Positions 1-10,335 of a DNA stretch of 64,000 bases are shown piece by piece; positions within the stretch are counted from its first letter, which is position 1; every line of letters starts with the position of its first letter. The notes under the pieces are model-generated. The model made no database searches, had not been told where the DNA came from, and worked only from the letters and a program-made list of their open reading frames with translations. Origin of the DNA: a virus (lineage: Duplodnaviria; Heunggongvirae; Uroviricota; Caudoviricetes); the IMG/VR virus record IMGVR_UViG_3300042549_004104, positions 135,353 through 199,352 of that record, one strand, 5' to 3'. The position numbers and the translations under genes were made by a program.

Positions 1-1
1 A

Positions 2-544
2 GCAAGATATTTTTTCAATGCCGGCGGACAAATAGTTATCACATTGTCACATACTAATGGAGCCGCAGTTAATTCTATGTGGCATGAATTAGCAACAAAT
101 GCAGGCAGTATTGTAATAAGTGCTTCATTGCCAAACACAACTAATACTATTGCAGGAACAAATTATACAGGTATAACTAGAGTGGGTGGTTCAGGTGCTG
201 CTACAGTGAATACCAATCAAAGTTATTACACTTTATCAACTAATTACGTAGAGATATTCCGTAAAAATGCGTTTTCTGTTTTCTCTAGTTACTTAGGATC
301 ATATGTTTCTATTGAATTAAAATCCAATGGAACTCAAGGAACAAACGGGGACAGAGGATCAATACTTACAATTAAAACTACTTGGAATGAAATACCAAAT
401 GGTTCAATTTCTAGTGCCACTACCGGAGTTACCTTAGCAATTAGATACCCATTTTCTACATCAGTTCCTATCACAAACTATCCTGCACCTTTCCTTAATA
501 CATGGGGAACTGTCACAACAAATGGTTCAGTTATTTCCGAATAA
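2..544 (+). CDS. Virion/tail-associated protein, C-terminal part (start lies before the window)
   Basis: Frame is open from base 2 (ARYFFNAGGQIVITL...); Thr/Ser/Gly/Asn-rich composition typical of tail proteins. Confidence 0.55.
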   Translation, partial: ARYFFNAGGQIVITLSHTNGAAVNSMWHELATNAGSIVISASLPNTTNTIAGTNYTGITRVGGSGAATVNTNQSYYTLSTNYVEIFRKNAFSVFSSYLGSYVSIELKSNGTQGTNGDRGSILTIKTTWNEIPNGSISSATTGVTLAIRYPFSTSVPITNYPAPFLNTWGTVTTNGSVISE

Positions 545-590
545 TATTTTCTGTTAGTATCGTGTCAGTAAATACTCAGAGGAGTATCTA

Positions 591-896
591 ATGGACACAC
601 AGCAACTGGTCAACGATGTAAAAGCCAGATTCAATATCAATTATCAAAAACACCAACTACGTGAAAAATATACTGCAAAGTTAATTTTTGCCGATCAAGG
701 TGGCCTATGGGTTGCAAATCCAAATTTACTATCGCAACTGTTTAGCTCGGATACACCTACATTAATACTTTTGGACAACTATGAAAATCCAATCAAAGTT
801 GATAGATTAAAATTGCTTGAAAAAGCAAATGAGTTATACGTTTCAACTATGAAAGATTGGCATAGTGAATACGAAACATTAAAGAACAACAGATGA
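591..896 (+). CDS. Hypothetical phage protein
   Basis: 101-aa ORF with GAGGAG RBS and upstream TAAATA. Confidence 0.7.
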   Translation: MDTQQLVNDVKARFNINYQKHQLREKYTAKLIFADQGGLWVANPNLLSQLFSSDTPTLILLDNYENPIKVDRLKLLEKANELYVSTMKDWHSEYETLKNNR

Positions 897-1696
897 GTAA
901 AGGTGTTTTACTATTTGCCTTTAATAACGGTATAACCAATTATTATAAAATGGCAGAAGCTACTGCAAAAAGAATAAATCATTTCTTGAATTTACCTGTT
1001 ACATTAGTAACAAATAAAGAATCATTCCTGACAAAATCAGAATATACATTTGATAATATAATGTTTGTAGATGCACAAACCAATAATCAAAAACATAAAA
1101 AACTTTGGATAAACAAAGGTAGATATCAAGCATACGACTTAACACCGTATGATGAGACAATATTATTAGATACAGATTATTTGATTAATAGTCCTCAACT
1201 TCTAAAGTTGTTTGACATTTATGATGATTTTATGTGTCCCGACAGGACATACTTTTTACTAGATGATAACGGTCATTGTCAAGAACCAATTAGTCCTACT
1301 GGTTTTGACACACTATGGGCTACTATAATAGCTTTTAAAAAATCAAATAGATCCAAACAAATATTTGAATGTATGCGTATGGTTCAAGAAAATTATGTAC
1401 ACTATGTTAATCTTTATAATATGTATAGTTCTCAATATAGAAATGACCATGCATTAGCAATAAGCTGTAGAATTGTAAATGGGCATATTGAAGATAAATC
1501 AATGTATATTCCTTGGGCACTAGTACATGCAAACAACAATTTAGTTGTTGAAAAATTATCTGATTCAGTGTATAATACTAGTTACAAAGTATATAAGCAA
1601 ACAGAAAAATTAGGAAAGACTAAAATAGATTATTGTATTATCAACGATATGGATTTTCACTTATTAGATAAAAACAATTTTATGGAAATAGTATGA
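893..1696 (+). CDS. Nucleotide-diphospho-sugar transferase (GT-A/GT8-like)
   Basis: TPYDETILLDTD DxD motif, RNDHA motif; ATGA overlap with upstream gene. Confidence 0.7.
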   Translation: MSKGVLLFAFNNGITNYYKMAEATAKRINHFLNLPVTLVTNKESFLTKSEYTFDNIMFVDAQTNNQKHKKLWINKGRYQAYDLTPYDETILLDTDYLINSPQLLKLFDIYDDFMCPDRTYFLLDDNGHCQEPISPTGFDTLWATIIAFKKSNRSKQIFECMRMVQENYVHYVNLYNMYSSQYRNDHALAISCRIVNGHIEDKSMYIPWALVHANNNLVVEKLSDSVYNTSYKVYKQTEKLGKTKIDYCIINDMDFHLLDKNNFMEIV

Positions 1697-2454
1697 AAAG
1701 AGGATTTGTAATAATGGCACAAAATACGCATAATGTAGATTATGTTGAATGTGCTGAAGCATTATCTTTGAGTATTAAAAAAGTAATGCCTGATGCCAAC
1801 GTGTCAATTATTACTAATGATATGTTACCATATGGTGATTTAGCTCCTACTAGTGAATGGAAATTGATTAATGATTGGCAAGTATATGAAGCAAGTCCAT
1901 ACGATTATACAGTTAAAATTGAAGCGGATATCTATATTCCGTCAAATGTAGATTACTGGTGGGATGTACTAAAACAAAAAGACATTTGTATATCTACAAA
2001 CATCAGAGACTATAAAGGTAAACTTTCAGACTGTAGACATTATCGTAAGTTTATAGATAATAATAAATTACCTGACGTATACAATGCATTGACTTATTTT
2101 AAAAAGTCTCCAATGGCTGAAGATTTTTTTAAAATAGTACGTGATGTTTTTGAAAATTGGAATAACTATAAAGAAACATTAAAATGTAATATTGATGAAA
2201 TTGCAACTACAGATTGGGCATATAGCATTGCTTGTGCGATATTAGGAGAAGAAAATACTACTATGCATGAGTTTAAACAGTTTAGTATGATACATATGAA
2301 ACAATATATAAACCAAACTATAACGGAAGATTGGACAAATGAATTAGTATATGAATTTACTCAACCTTTAAAAATTCAAACTTACCCGCAATTATACCCA
2401 GTTCATTATCATATGAAAGATTTTGCCAAAAAATTGAAAGAAGCATATGCTTGA
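1693..2454 (+). CDS. Nucleotide-diphospho-sugar transferase paralogue (GT-A)
   Basis: SPYDYTVKIEAD (ExD variant), similar to 893..1696; IHMK motif. Confidence 0.65.
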   Translation: MKRGFVIMAQNTHNVDYVECAEALSLSIKKVMPDANVSIITNDMLPYGDLAPTSEWKLINDWQVYEASPYDYTVKIEADIYIPSNVDYWWDVLKQKDICISTNIRDYKGKLSDCRHYRKFIDNNKLPDVYNALTYFKKSPMAEDFFKIVRDVFENWNNYKETLKCNIDEIATTDWAYSIACAILGEENTTMHEFKQFSMIHMKQYINQTITEDWTNELVYEFTQPLKIQTYPQLYPVHYHMKDFAKKLKEAYA

Positions 2455-2740
2455 ATTTAGATTATATTATGATGAAAACGGAGAAATATTATTCTACACA
2501 TGTGAAAAACCAGAGGGTAATTATGTTATAATTGACGCACAGACATACGCTGAATGTAGAATAGATATTAAAATTATTGATGGTAAGATCGTTAAGACAA
2601 ATCAAGGTTCGTTAATTAGTAAATTAGTACCCTCAACTATTGGTATAAAATGTGCGTCAAATGATATTAATATAATTACAGAAGATATTGATAATGTAAT
2701 AACATGGAATGTAAAAAGATATGAACACAGATATAATTGA
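2447..2740 (+). CDS. Hypothetical protein
   Basis: 97-aa ORF overlapping both neighbours in an operon. Confidence 0.65.
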   Translation: MLEFRLYYDENGEILFYTCEKPEGNYVIIDAQTYAECRIDIKIIDGKIVKTNQGSLISKLVPSTIGIKCASNDINIITEDIDNVITWNVKRYEHRYN

Positions 2741-3668
2741 CATAGCAGATTTAGATTGTATATACCTAAGTTATGATGAACCACAAAAAGAAGAATTTTG
2801 GGTTAAGATAAAGAACATGGTGCCTTGGGCACGTAGAGTAGATGGGATTAAAGGCAGTGACGCCGCACATAAAGCCGCTGCCGAAGCTAGTGATACAGAA
2901 CGATTCATATTGATTGACGGGGATAACATGCCTAACATGGAGTTCTTTAATTTAACATTAGACTTTACAGACAAACCAAAAGAATATAGAAACGCACAAT
3001 ATCGTTGGAGAGCAGTTAATGCTATTAACGGATTACGTTATGGCAATGGTGGTATGAGTAGTTGGACAAAGGAGTACGTAATGGACATGCGTACACACGA
3101 AGCAAGTGATGGCAACGATACACATACAGTTGACTTTTGTTTAGACTACAGTAACAGTTTATATTGGAGTATGCACGATTGCTATAGCACTACATACCCT
3201 AACTATACACCTTTTCAAGCATGGCGTGCTGGATATCGTGAAGGTGTCAAGATGTGCTTGGTGAATGGTAAGAAACCAGAAATAGATGAATTCAAGCGAA
3301 GTGTACCCGGACGTAATTTTAATAATTTAACTATATGGCACAATGTAGGGCTAGACGTAGAGAACGGTGATTGGGCTATCTATGGTGCAAGATATGGTAC
3401 TTACATGACAATGCTAGAACATTGGAATGTAAAAGATGTTCAATGGTTTGATAATCTTGCAAAATTATGGGAACATATCAAAAACATTAACCCTAGACAA
3501 AATGCAGAAAGCATCGGTGAACATTTAAGAGATAAATTGGGATTACCTATATGCACAATGAGTGCCGAACAAAGTAAATTCTTTAAGCGTCATTATAACA
3601 ATGACAAGCACAATCTAGGTCCACTGGTGCGTGAAATAGATGTAATTAGAAAAATAGAAGGTTGGTAA
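2721..3668 (+). CDS. Glycosyltransferase-like protein (GT-A fold)
   Basis: YLSYDEP, GSDAAHKAAA, LIDGDN (DxD), AWRAGYREGVKM; paralogous to the C-terminal domain of 7722..10067. Confidence 0.6.
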   Translation: MNTDIIDIADLDCIYLSYDEPQKEEFWVKIKNMVPWARRVDGIKGSDAAHKAAAEASDTERFILIDGDNMPNMEFFNLTLDFTDKPKEYRNAQYRWRAVNAINGLRYGNGGMSSWTKEYVMDMRTHEASDGNDTHTVDFCLDYSNSLYWSMHDCYSTTYPNYTPFQAWRAGYREGVKMCLVNGKKPEIDEFKRSVPGRNFNNLTIWHNVGLDVENGDWAIYGARYGTYMTMLEHWNVKDVQWFDNLAKLWEHIKNINPRQNAESIGEHLRDKLGLPICTMSAEQSKFFKRHYNNDKHNLGPLVREIDVIRKIEGW

Positions 3669-5038
3669 TGCAATATAAAGATGAACAAGATAAAATTAAA
3701 GTTATTAAAATAAAAGTAGAAAACGAAGCCGGACCAAGTTTTTGTTTGGCTAAATGGCATCACACTACAATCTATTTACAAACTGGTGAGACACATAGTT
3801 GTTATCACCCTGCACCACATAAAATTCCATTAGAAGAATTAAAAAATAATCCTAGCGCATTACATAATACAAATCACAAAAAACTAGAACGTAGGGAAAT
3901 GCTTAACGGCGAAAAACCCACCGGCTGTCAATATTGTTGGAACATTGAAAGTTTAGGACCTGATTATATCAGTGATAGACATATTCGTAACAGTACTATT
4001 TTTACAGAAGAAAGATATAAGCAAGTTTTAAACGGTTCATGGAATCAAGATATTAATCCTGAGTATATTGAAATTAATTTTGGAAATGAATGTAACTTTA
4101 AATGTGGTTATTGTCATCCTAAATTTAGTACAAGATTTTATAATGAAATTAAAGAACATGGTCCAGTCACTACAGTTAAAAATCACCGATGTGACATTGA
4201 TTGGATGGAATTATATCAACGAGAAGAAGATAACCCATACGCAGATGCTTTTTGGGAATGGTGGCCTGAACTAAGAAAAACGTTAAACATCATGCGAGTG
4301 ACAGGCGGGGAACCATTGATGCATCGTAGTACTTGGCAATTGTTTGACAAAATTGAAAATGACCCTATGCCAAACTTAGAATTGAACATTAATAGCAATC
4401 TAGGTGTTAAACATTCACTGGTAGAAAAAATGGCAGAGACTGTTGAGAGACTGCACAATGAAAAGAAAATACGTACTTTTAGATTGTTCACAAGTATAGA
4501 CACATGGGGACAGAAAGCAGAATACATACGTACAGGTTTAGACTTGACATTATGGGAACAAAACTTTCATACGTATTTGAATAAAACAACAATGCCTATC
4601 AATTTTATGATAACATTTAATATACTCAGTGTTACAAGTTTCACAAGTTTATTAGAAAAAATATTAGAATGGCGTAAGCAATATGGGCATAAACGTATCA
4701 GATTTGATACACCTTACCTACGAGACCCATTACAATATGATATCAATATCTTACCAAAAGAAGATTTCATGCCTTATATGTTGAAGTCTTTAGAATTTAT
4801 GGAGAAGAACATTGATGAAAAAAATGATAAATTTAGTGTGGTTGAATATGAAAAATTTAAACGGGTAGTAGATTATATGAAGAATACACACTATGCCGAA
4901 CCCAAAATCATTGAAGGAAGAAAAGATTTTTACAATTGGTTTAATGCACTAGATAGTAGGAGAGATACAAAGTTTTTGGAAATATTCCCAGAACTTGAAG
5001 AATTCTACTATGGTTGTAAAAGTTTATTGAATCACTAA
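3668..5038 (+). CDS. Radical SAM protein with N-terminal twitch/SPASM-like Cys cluster
   Basis: CNFKCGYC (CxxxCxxC), TGGEP; additional CLAKW..CYH..CQYCW; ATG at TAATG overlap. Confidence 0.85.
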   Translation: MQYKDEQDKIKVIKIKVENEAGPSFCLAKWHHTTIYLQTGETHSCYHPAPHKIPLEELKNNPSALHNTNHKKLERREMLNGEKPTGCQYCWNIESLGPDYISDRHIRNSTIFTEERYKQVLNGSWNQDINPEYIEINFGNECNFKCGYCHPKFSTRFYNEIKEHGPVTTVKNHRCDIDWMELYQREEDNPYADAFWEWWPELRKTLNIMRVTGGEPLMHRSTWQLFDKIENDPMPNLELNINSNLGVKHSLVEKMAETVERLHNEKKIRTFRLFTSIDTWGQKAEYIRTGLDLTLWEQNFHTYLNKTTMPINFMITFNILSVTSFTSLLEKILEWRKQYGHKRIRFDTPYLRDPLQYDINILPKEDFMPYMLKSLEFMEKNIDEKNDKFSVVEYEKFKRVVDYMKNTHYAEPKIIEGRKDFYNWFNALDSRRDTKFLEIFPELEEFYYGCKSLLNH

Positions 5039-5059
5039 ATCACCATAAATAAATTTACT

Positions 5060-5185
5060 ATGAAAATCTTAACAACTATAAAAAATTTTATAAAACATAA
5101 AATATTTGGTAAAATCATTAGAGAATATAAGTTTAAAAAACGTATGAAAGAAATACGTAAGCGAGATCCATTTATCTACAAATAA
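5060..5185 (+). CDS. Small basic 41-aa peptide ending ...KRDPFIYK (not in ORF track)
   Basis: Hand translation MKILTTIKNFIKHKIFGKIIREYKFKKRMKEIRKRDPFIYK; fills the gap after a CATAAATA late promoter; stop is 1 nt before next ATG. Confidence 0.65.
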   Translation: MKILTTIKNFIKHKIFGKIIREYKFKKRMKEIRKRDPFIYK

Positions 5186-5186
5186 A

Positions 5187-6224
5187 ATGTACTATAAACA
5201 ACTTAAAAAGATAAACGAAGATATTGAAAGAACTCAAAAAGCAATTATAGGTTTGGGATGTTCCTTTGTTCAAGGTCAAGGAGCATTTAATGAAGAAATT
5301 GTACAAAAATATGGGACACATTTTAGTGAATTAGGTGATCCTCTAAATCTAAATGAAATATCAGAGCAAGAAAAAAAGCAGTTGTTGGAAACATATCCAT
5401 CATTGTATATTAAAGACAACAATATAGATTTTACATTTATGGAGTATGATAATGCATTTACTAATGTGTTAGCAGAAAAATATTTTAATAAAGAATATGC
5501 CGCAATAAATTTAGGACAGCGTGGTTGTGGTAATAGAGCAACTATAAATGAACTATATCTAAATACAGAAATTAATTGGGATAAGTTAAAAGAAATAATT
5601 GTCATATACTGTCCTAGTGGTCTAGAAAGATTTGATTTTATAAATGACCAGTTTAATGACCATAATCATTGGGTATGCATGTGGCCTCATTCAAAAGAAG
5701 GAAAACCACGCGGTGATCTTTGGAGTGGTTATAAAGAAGCACTATATAGTGAAAAATTTGAAGTATTGGAACAAATAACTTATATACAGCAATTATTATC
5801 TTGGTGCAAACTACATAATGCAAAATTAATTATTACTCCTGCATTTGATGTCAGATATAATAAAGAATATTTTAAAAATGCACTATCAACTAAAATTATG
5901 CGTAGCACAAATGGTAATTTACTTGAAATAGAAAAAGAATCAGTATTCAAGTCAATAATAAAGAAAACTTTTAATATAGATCATCAAGCGGTAAATTTAT
6001 TAAATTTGTTTCCATGGGAGAAAGTGTTTGAGCCTGATGATATGCCTACATTTGTGGATATGACATTGAAACAAGAATTCAAACACACTAACCCATTAAA
6101 ATATCACTTTTGGTCATTTATAGGAAAGGGGACTCCTAATAATTGGCTTACACCTTGTGCCCATCCTTCAGCTAAAGCGCATGATCTTTTTGCAAAATTG
6201 TTACATGAACATTTAACAAAATAA
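5187..6224 (+). CDS. SGNH/GDSL hydrolase-like protein
   Basis: GCSFVQG block I, NLGQRGCGN block II, C-terminal HP (CAHPS). Confidence 0.6.
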   Translation: MYYKQLKKINEDIERTQKAIIGLGCSFVQGQGAFNEEIVQKYGTHFSELGDPLNLNEISEQEKKQLLETYPSLYIKDNNIDFTFMEYDNAFTNVLAEKYFNKEYAAINLGQRGCGNRATINELYLNTEINWDKLKEIIVIYCPSGLERFDFINDQFNDHNHWVCMWPHSKEGKPRGDLWSGYKEALYSEKFEVLEQITYIQQLLSWCKLHNAKLIITPAFDVRYNKEYFKNALSTKIMRSTNGNLLEIEKESVFKSIIKKTFNIDHQAVNLLNLFPWEKVFEPDDMPTFVDMTLKQEFKHTNPLKYHFWSFIGKGTPNNWLTPCAHPSAKAHDLFAKLLHEHLTK

Positions 6225-6225
6225 T

Positions 6226-7722
6226 ATGAGTAAAGAAAATATGAATTATATAGGAATAAGTGCCGGTTTTCACGATGCGGCACTTTCAGTTGTGGGAGAT
6301 GGTAAAATTTTATTTGCTGGCCACGGTGAACGGTACACAGGTGTAAAATGTGATAAAGAAATACAATCTAGTATTGTTACTGATGCACTATCATATATCA
6401 ATGGTGATTTTGAATTACACTATTATGAAAGACCTTGGGTAAAGTTTCTAAGACAAATTTACACAGGAGAAAATTATAATATATTCAATATCAATCCAAA
6501 AAATGGATTGAGCAAAAATGCATATGATCTTTTAGAAAAAAAGAAAATACATACACATGGTCATCATTTGAGTCATGCGGCAGCTGGATTTCAAACTAGT
6601 ATATTTAAAGAAGCAACGGTATTAGTAATAGATGCGATTGGTGAATTAGATACTATTAGTATTTGGGATGCACGATATAACAATAAGGGTAAAGCAGTTT
6701 ACAAAAAATTGTATAGCAAAAAATACCCTAATAGTTTAGGGTTATTTTATAGTGCATTAACCGAAAGAGTAGGTTTAAAACCCAACGAAGAAGAATATAT
6801 CACAATGGGTATGGCTGCGTATGGAACTAATATGCACTACACACAGATGTATGAAACTTTGGTTCAAGATAGTTACGATATTGAGTTTAAAGAAAATTTA
6901 CACATTGGATTGCCAGAAGATTTTCTACTTAATGCTAGTAATGAAGATTTAGCATGTAGTGGGCAATTGTTACTTGAAGGACTATTGACTAATGTGTTAA
7001 GTCGTGCTAAAATATTAGGTCGCAGTAAAAATTTAGTTTATGGAGGTGGTGTAGCATTAAATTGCTTAGCCAATAGATTACTTGGTAAATATTTTGACAA
7101 TATTTGGATTATGCCTAATCCTGGTGACGCTGGTAGTAGCCTTGGTGCAGCCCTTCTTGGCTATGGCTATCCTGTCAATTATGCTGATAGTTTTCTTGGG
7201 TATAACATACCAGGTCCTTACCCTGTTGATAATTTGCTTAATAATTTACTCACTGATAAAATTGTGGGTGTGGCATCAGGAAGAGCAGAGTTTGGTCCGA
7301 GAGCACTTGGAAACAGGAGTTTGTTGGCTGATCCGAGAGGAAAAGAAATCAAAGATAAAGTAAATGAAATTAAAAAGAGACAAAAGTTTAGACCATTTGC
7401 ACCTGTTATTTTAGAGGAACACGTGCATAACTATTTTATGATGCCACTAAATTGGCGTAATAGCAAATATATGCAAGTAGTAGCAAAATGCAAGAATCCA
7501 GAAAGATTTCCTGCTATAGTACACGCAGATGGAACTAGTAGAGTTCAAACAGTTAGTAAAGATGGTAGTGGTATACGTGAATTACTTGAGAACTGGTTTA
7601 AGTTGACAGGCTGTCCCATGTTGTTAAACACAAGTTTAAACATACGTGGAGAGCCAATGGTAAATACACGTGCAGATGCTGATAGATTTCAACAGTTATA
7701 CAATATTAAAGTTTTAAGCTAA
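6226..7722 (+). CDS. Carbamoyltransferase (NodU/CmcH family)
   Basis: HDAA, HHLSHAA, GGVALNC, EFGPRALGNRS, FRPFAP, LLNTSLN. Confidence 0.95.
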   Translation: MSKENMNYIGISAGFHDAALSVVGDGKILFAGHGERYTGVKCDKEIQSSIVTDALSYINGDFELHYYERPWVKFLRQIYTGENYNIFNINPKNGLSKNAYDLLEKKKIHTHGHHLSHAAAGFQTSIFKEATVLVIDAIGELDTISIWDARYNNKGKAVYKKLYSKKYPNSLGLFYSALTERVGLKPNEEEYITMGMAAYGTNMHYTQMYETLVQDSYDIEFKENLHIGLPEDFLLNASNEDLACSGQLLLEGLLTNVLSRAKILGRSKNLVYGGGVALNCLANRLLGKYFDNIWIMPNPGDAGSSLGAALLGYGYPVNYADSFLGYNIPGPYPVDNLLNNLLTDKIVGVASGRAEFGPRALGNRSLLADPRGKEIKDKVNEIKKRQKFRPFAPVILEEHVHNYFMMPLNWRNSKYMQVVAKCKNPERFPAIVHADGTSRVQTVSKDGSGIRELLENWFKLTGCPMLLNTSLNIRGEPMVNTRADADRFQQLYNIKVLS

Positions 7723-10067
7723 TGATAACAACGGAAGAACTACAGAGAAGATTTGATTTATTTGTTCAGGGTTATTGGGAAATACCAGATGGGTTAGATA
7801 CAACTAACTTTGATTTTAATTGGAAACCTGAACCATACGATAGGCCTTATATACATCAGTTTGGTACTCAACATCAAAAAACCGGCGGACCAAGATATAT
7901 TATTCCAGAAAATGAAGGAGTTAAATATCAAAATTTTCAACGTGCAATTAAATTACCTGATATAAACAATAGATGTTGGAGACCATTAGTAAACAATTGC
8001 ATAATTGATTATAGTTGGCATCCTGATGACACCGACCCTCCGTTCATTTATGTATTTGGCAATCAATGGTATGATTCTCATATTATGCCCACATACCAAT
8101 ATAAGGTAAAAGGTGCAACAGATAAAAAATATATTATTGATGTTAAAGCAACATTATCACATAGTAAAAATAATTGGGAAATACCTAATGACATTGATGA
8201 CAGCATATTTGATTATAGTTGGGTTCCTAACCCGCATGATCCGCCATTTAAATATGAATTTGGCACACAATGGCAAAAGACAGGTGGTCCAAAATATATT
8301 GTTGAAGGTGCAACAGAAACAAAATATGTTGATACATTAAAAGTAATTAAATTGCCGGAGATGCGTAATTGGCGTATTCTTGAAGAAATAGATGCTACTA
8401 AATTTGATTTTAGTTGGCATCCAGATAGTACTGAGCCACCCATGATGTATGAATTTGGAACACAATGGCAAAAAGCAGGTGGACCTATTTACGTAACAAA
8501 AGGTAGTACACAGAAAAAATATTGCAGTGATCAAATTGCTATTCGTATCGCAACAGTAAATAGATGCTATCGCCCACTTGTGTCTAATCTTGAATTTGAT
8601 TATAGCTGGCACCCCGATCCTAACGATCCTCCATTTATATATGTATTTGGCAATCAATGGCATCCTCCTGAAATTATGCCCACTTTAGTATACAGAGTTA
8701 AAGGTGCTACTAATAAAAAATATGTCAATGAAATAAAAGCTAAATTAATTCCTTCGAAGGAACAATGGATTGTGCCTGATGATATTGATGATACTATGTT
8801 TGATTATAGTTGGTGTCCTGATCCAACAGAACCTCCTTTTATTTATCAATTTGGCACACAATGGCAAAAGACAGGTGGCCCGTCTTTCGTAGTTAAAGGT
8901 GCAATTGATGTGAAATACGTTATCGACTTTACTGTTATTAAAAAACCTAATTTACATAATTGGAGAATTATTGAACCTATAGATCAAAGTACTTTTGATT
9001 TTAGTTGGCATCCTGATGACACTGATGGTAATTTTACTTATGTGTTTGGTAATAAATTTTATTCACCTGAAATTATGCCCACAATTATGTATAAGAATAA
9101 AAAGTCAGTCCAAACTAAATTTTTCTATGATATACAAGCTGATTTAAATATACCTTCTGTAATTTATGAAGATAGTATTTTTGATAAAGTAATTCAAACT
9201 AAATTTGAAACTACATACGTTAGATTTGTGAAAGAGCATTCAGACCTCAAATTAAATTATATAACTGGTGAAAGAGTTAACACATTATTTCCTAATTATT
9301 TGATAGGTAATCAGGCAATCATACACAAAGACGCTAAAAAACATTTATATGATACACTTACTGATTATCCTTGCGTTACACATCAGGCTAATAGTCAAGA
9401 TACATCATTAGATATTATTTTCTTAAGTAATGGTGAAGCCATAGCAGATGAAAATTATGAACATTTGTTGAATATGACTAAAGATAAACCTAATAGAGTT
9501 ATTAGGATTGATAAAGTGAACGGTAGAGTGGCCAGTCAACATGCGGCTGCAAATGCAAGCAACACTGAATGGTATTTTTTAGTTAATGGTAAATTGCGAA
9601 TCAATGAAAATTTTGATTTTAATTGGCAACCCGACATATATATGACACGAAAACATTATGTGTTTACAGCTACCAATCCTATCAATAACTTAGAATACGG
9701 ACATATGGCTATAGTGGCAAATAATAAAAAACTAACACTAGCAACTATAGGTAAAGGACTTGATTTTACTATGGATAGTCCTATAAAATCTCTACCCATA
9801 AATAGTGGTATTGCTGTGTTCAATAGTAGTCCTTGGGATACATGGAGAACAGCATTTAGAGAAGTTATTAAGTTATGTGATAGTAAAGATAAAGAAAGTA
9901 AAAATCGCTTGATAATTTGGACAAATATTGCTGAGGGAGATTTTGCCCAAGAGTGTTTACAGGGAGCCAAAGAGGCTGTAGAATATTATAATCAAGTAAA
10001 TGGTGACTTTGAAAAGTTGAAATTATCATACGATTGGGATTGGTTATACCAAAAGTATAATAAATAA
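7722..10067 (+). CDS. Protein with seven ~65-aa W/P-rich repeats fused to a GT-like C-terminal domain
   Basis: Repeats D[YF]SWxP...P..Y.FG[TN]QW; C-terminus GRVASQHAAA...WRTAFREVIKL resembles 2721..3668. Confidence 0.7.
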   Translation: MITTEELQRRFDLFVQGYWEIPDGLDTTNFDFNWKPEPYDRPYIHQFGTQHQKTGGPRYIIPENEGVKYQNFQRAIKLPDINNRCWRPLVNNCIIDYSWHPDDTDPPFIYVFGNQWYDSHIMPTYQYKVKGATDKKYIIDVKATLSHSKNNWEIPNDIDDSIFDYSWVPNPHDPPFKYEFGTQWQKTGGPKYIVEGATETKYVDTLKVIKLPEMRNWRILEEIDATKFDFSWHPDSTEPPMMYEFGTQWQKAGGPIYVTKGSTQKKYCSDQIAIRIATVNRCYRPLVSNLEFDYSWHPDPNDPPFIYVFGNQWHPPEIMPTLVYRVKGATNKKYVNEIKAKLIPSKEQWIVPDDIDDTMFDYSWCPDPTEPPFIYQFGTQWQKTGGPSFVVKGAIDVKYVIDFTVIKKPNLHNWRIIEPIDQSTFDFSWHPDDTDGNFTYVFGNKFYSPEIMPTIMYKNKKSVQTKFFYDIQADLNIPSVIYEDSIFDKVIQTKFETTYVRFVKEHSDLKLNYITGERVNTLFPNYLIGNQAIIHKDAKKHLYDTLTDYPCVTHQANSQDTSLDIIFLSNGEAIADENYEHLLNMTKDKPNRVIRIDKVNGRVASQHAAANASNTEWYFLVNGKLRINENFDFNWQPDIYMTRKHYVFTATNPINNLEYGHMAIVANNKKLTLATIGKGLDFTMDSPIKSLPINSGIAVFNSSPWDTWRTAFREVIKLCDSKDKESKNRLIIWTNIAEGDFAQECLQGAKEAVEYYNQVNGDFEKLKLSYDWDWLYQKYNK

Positions 10068-10071
10068 GTTT

Positions 10072-10164
10072 ATGTTTTACTTTTTATTGTTTATTGCCCT
10101 AATAGTCGCAGCCTTAATATATTTTATATTAGATTGGCAAAGTAAACATGAAGATGGTGAATAA
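10072..10164 (+). CDS. Small membrane peptide (30 aa)
   Basis: MFYFLLFIALIVAALIYFILDWQSKHEDGE; ATG 5 nt after TAAATA. Confidence 0.45.
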   Translation: MFYFLLFIALIVAALIYFILDWQSKHEDGE

Positions 10165-10178
10165 ATTTAGGAACTATT

Positions 10179-10328
10179 ATGGAACTAGTACGATACAGAG
10201 ATGCGGGTATGAACTCATATACTTGGTTTTATGTAAATGAAAAGCAAAATTGTATTAGTCCGTTTTTTGATAGTGAAGAAGAAGCCAAAGATTGGTTTGA
10301 AAAAGTCTTTGATGAAGTGCAAGAGTAA
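10179..10328 (+). CDS. Small hypothetical protein (49 aa)
   Basis: MELVRYRDAGMNSYTWFYVNEKQNCISPFFDSEEEAKDWFEKVFDEVQE; AGGA RBS. Confidence 0.55.
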   Translation: MELVRYRDAGMNSYTWFYVNEKQNCISPFFDSEEEAKDWFEKVFDEVQE

Positions 10329-10335
10329 GGTTAAT

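Noticed and set aside
3668-5038. Radical SAM enzyme as the PqqE partner of the phage PqqA
   Set aside because: Extra Cys cluster is N-terminal rather than a C-terminal SPASM, it is 8 kb away in a glycosylation operon, and no PqqD is visible.
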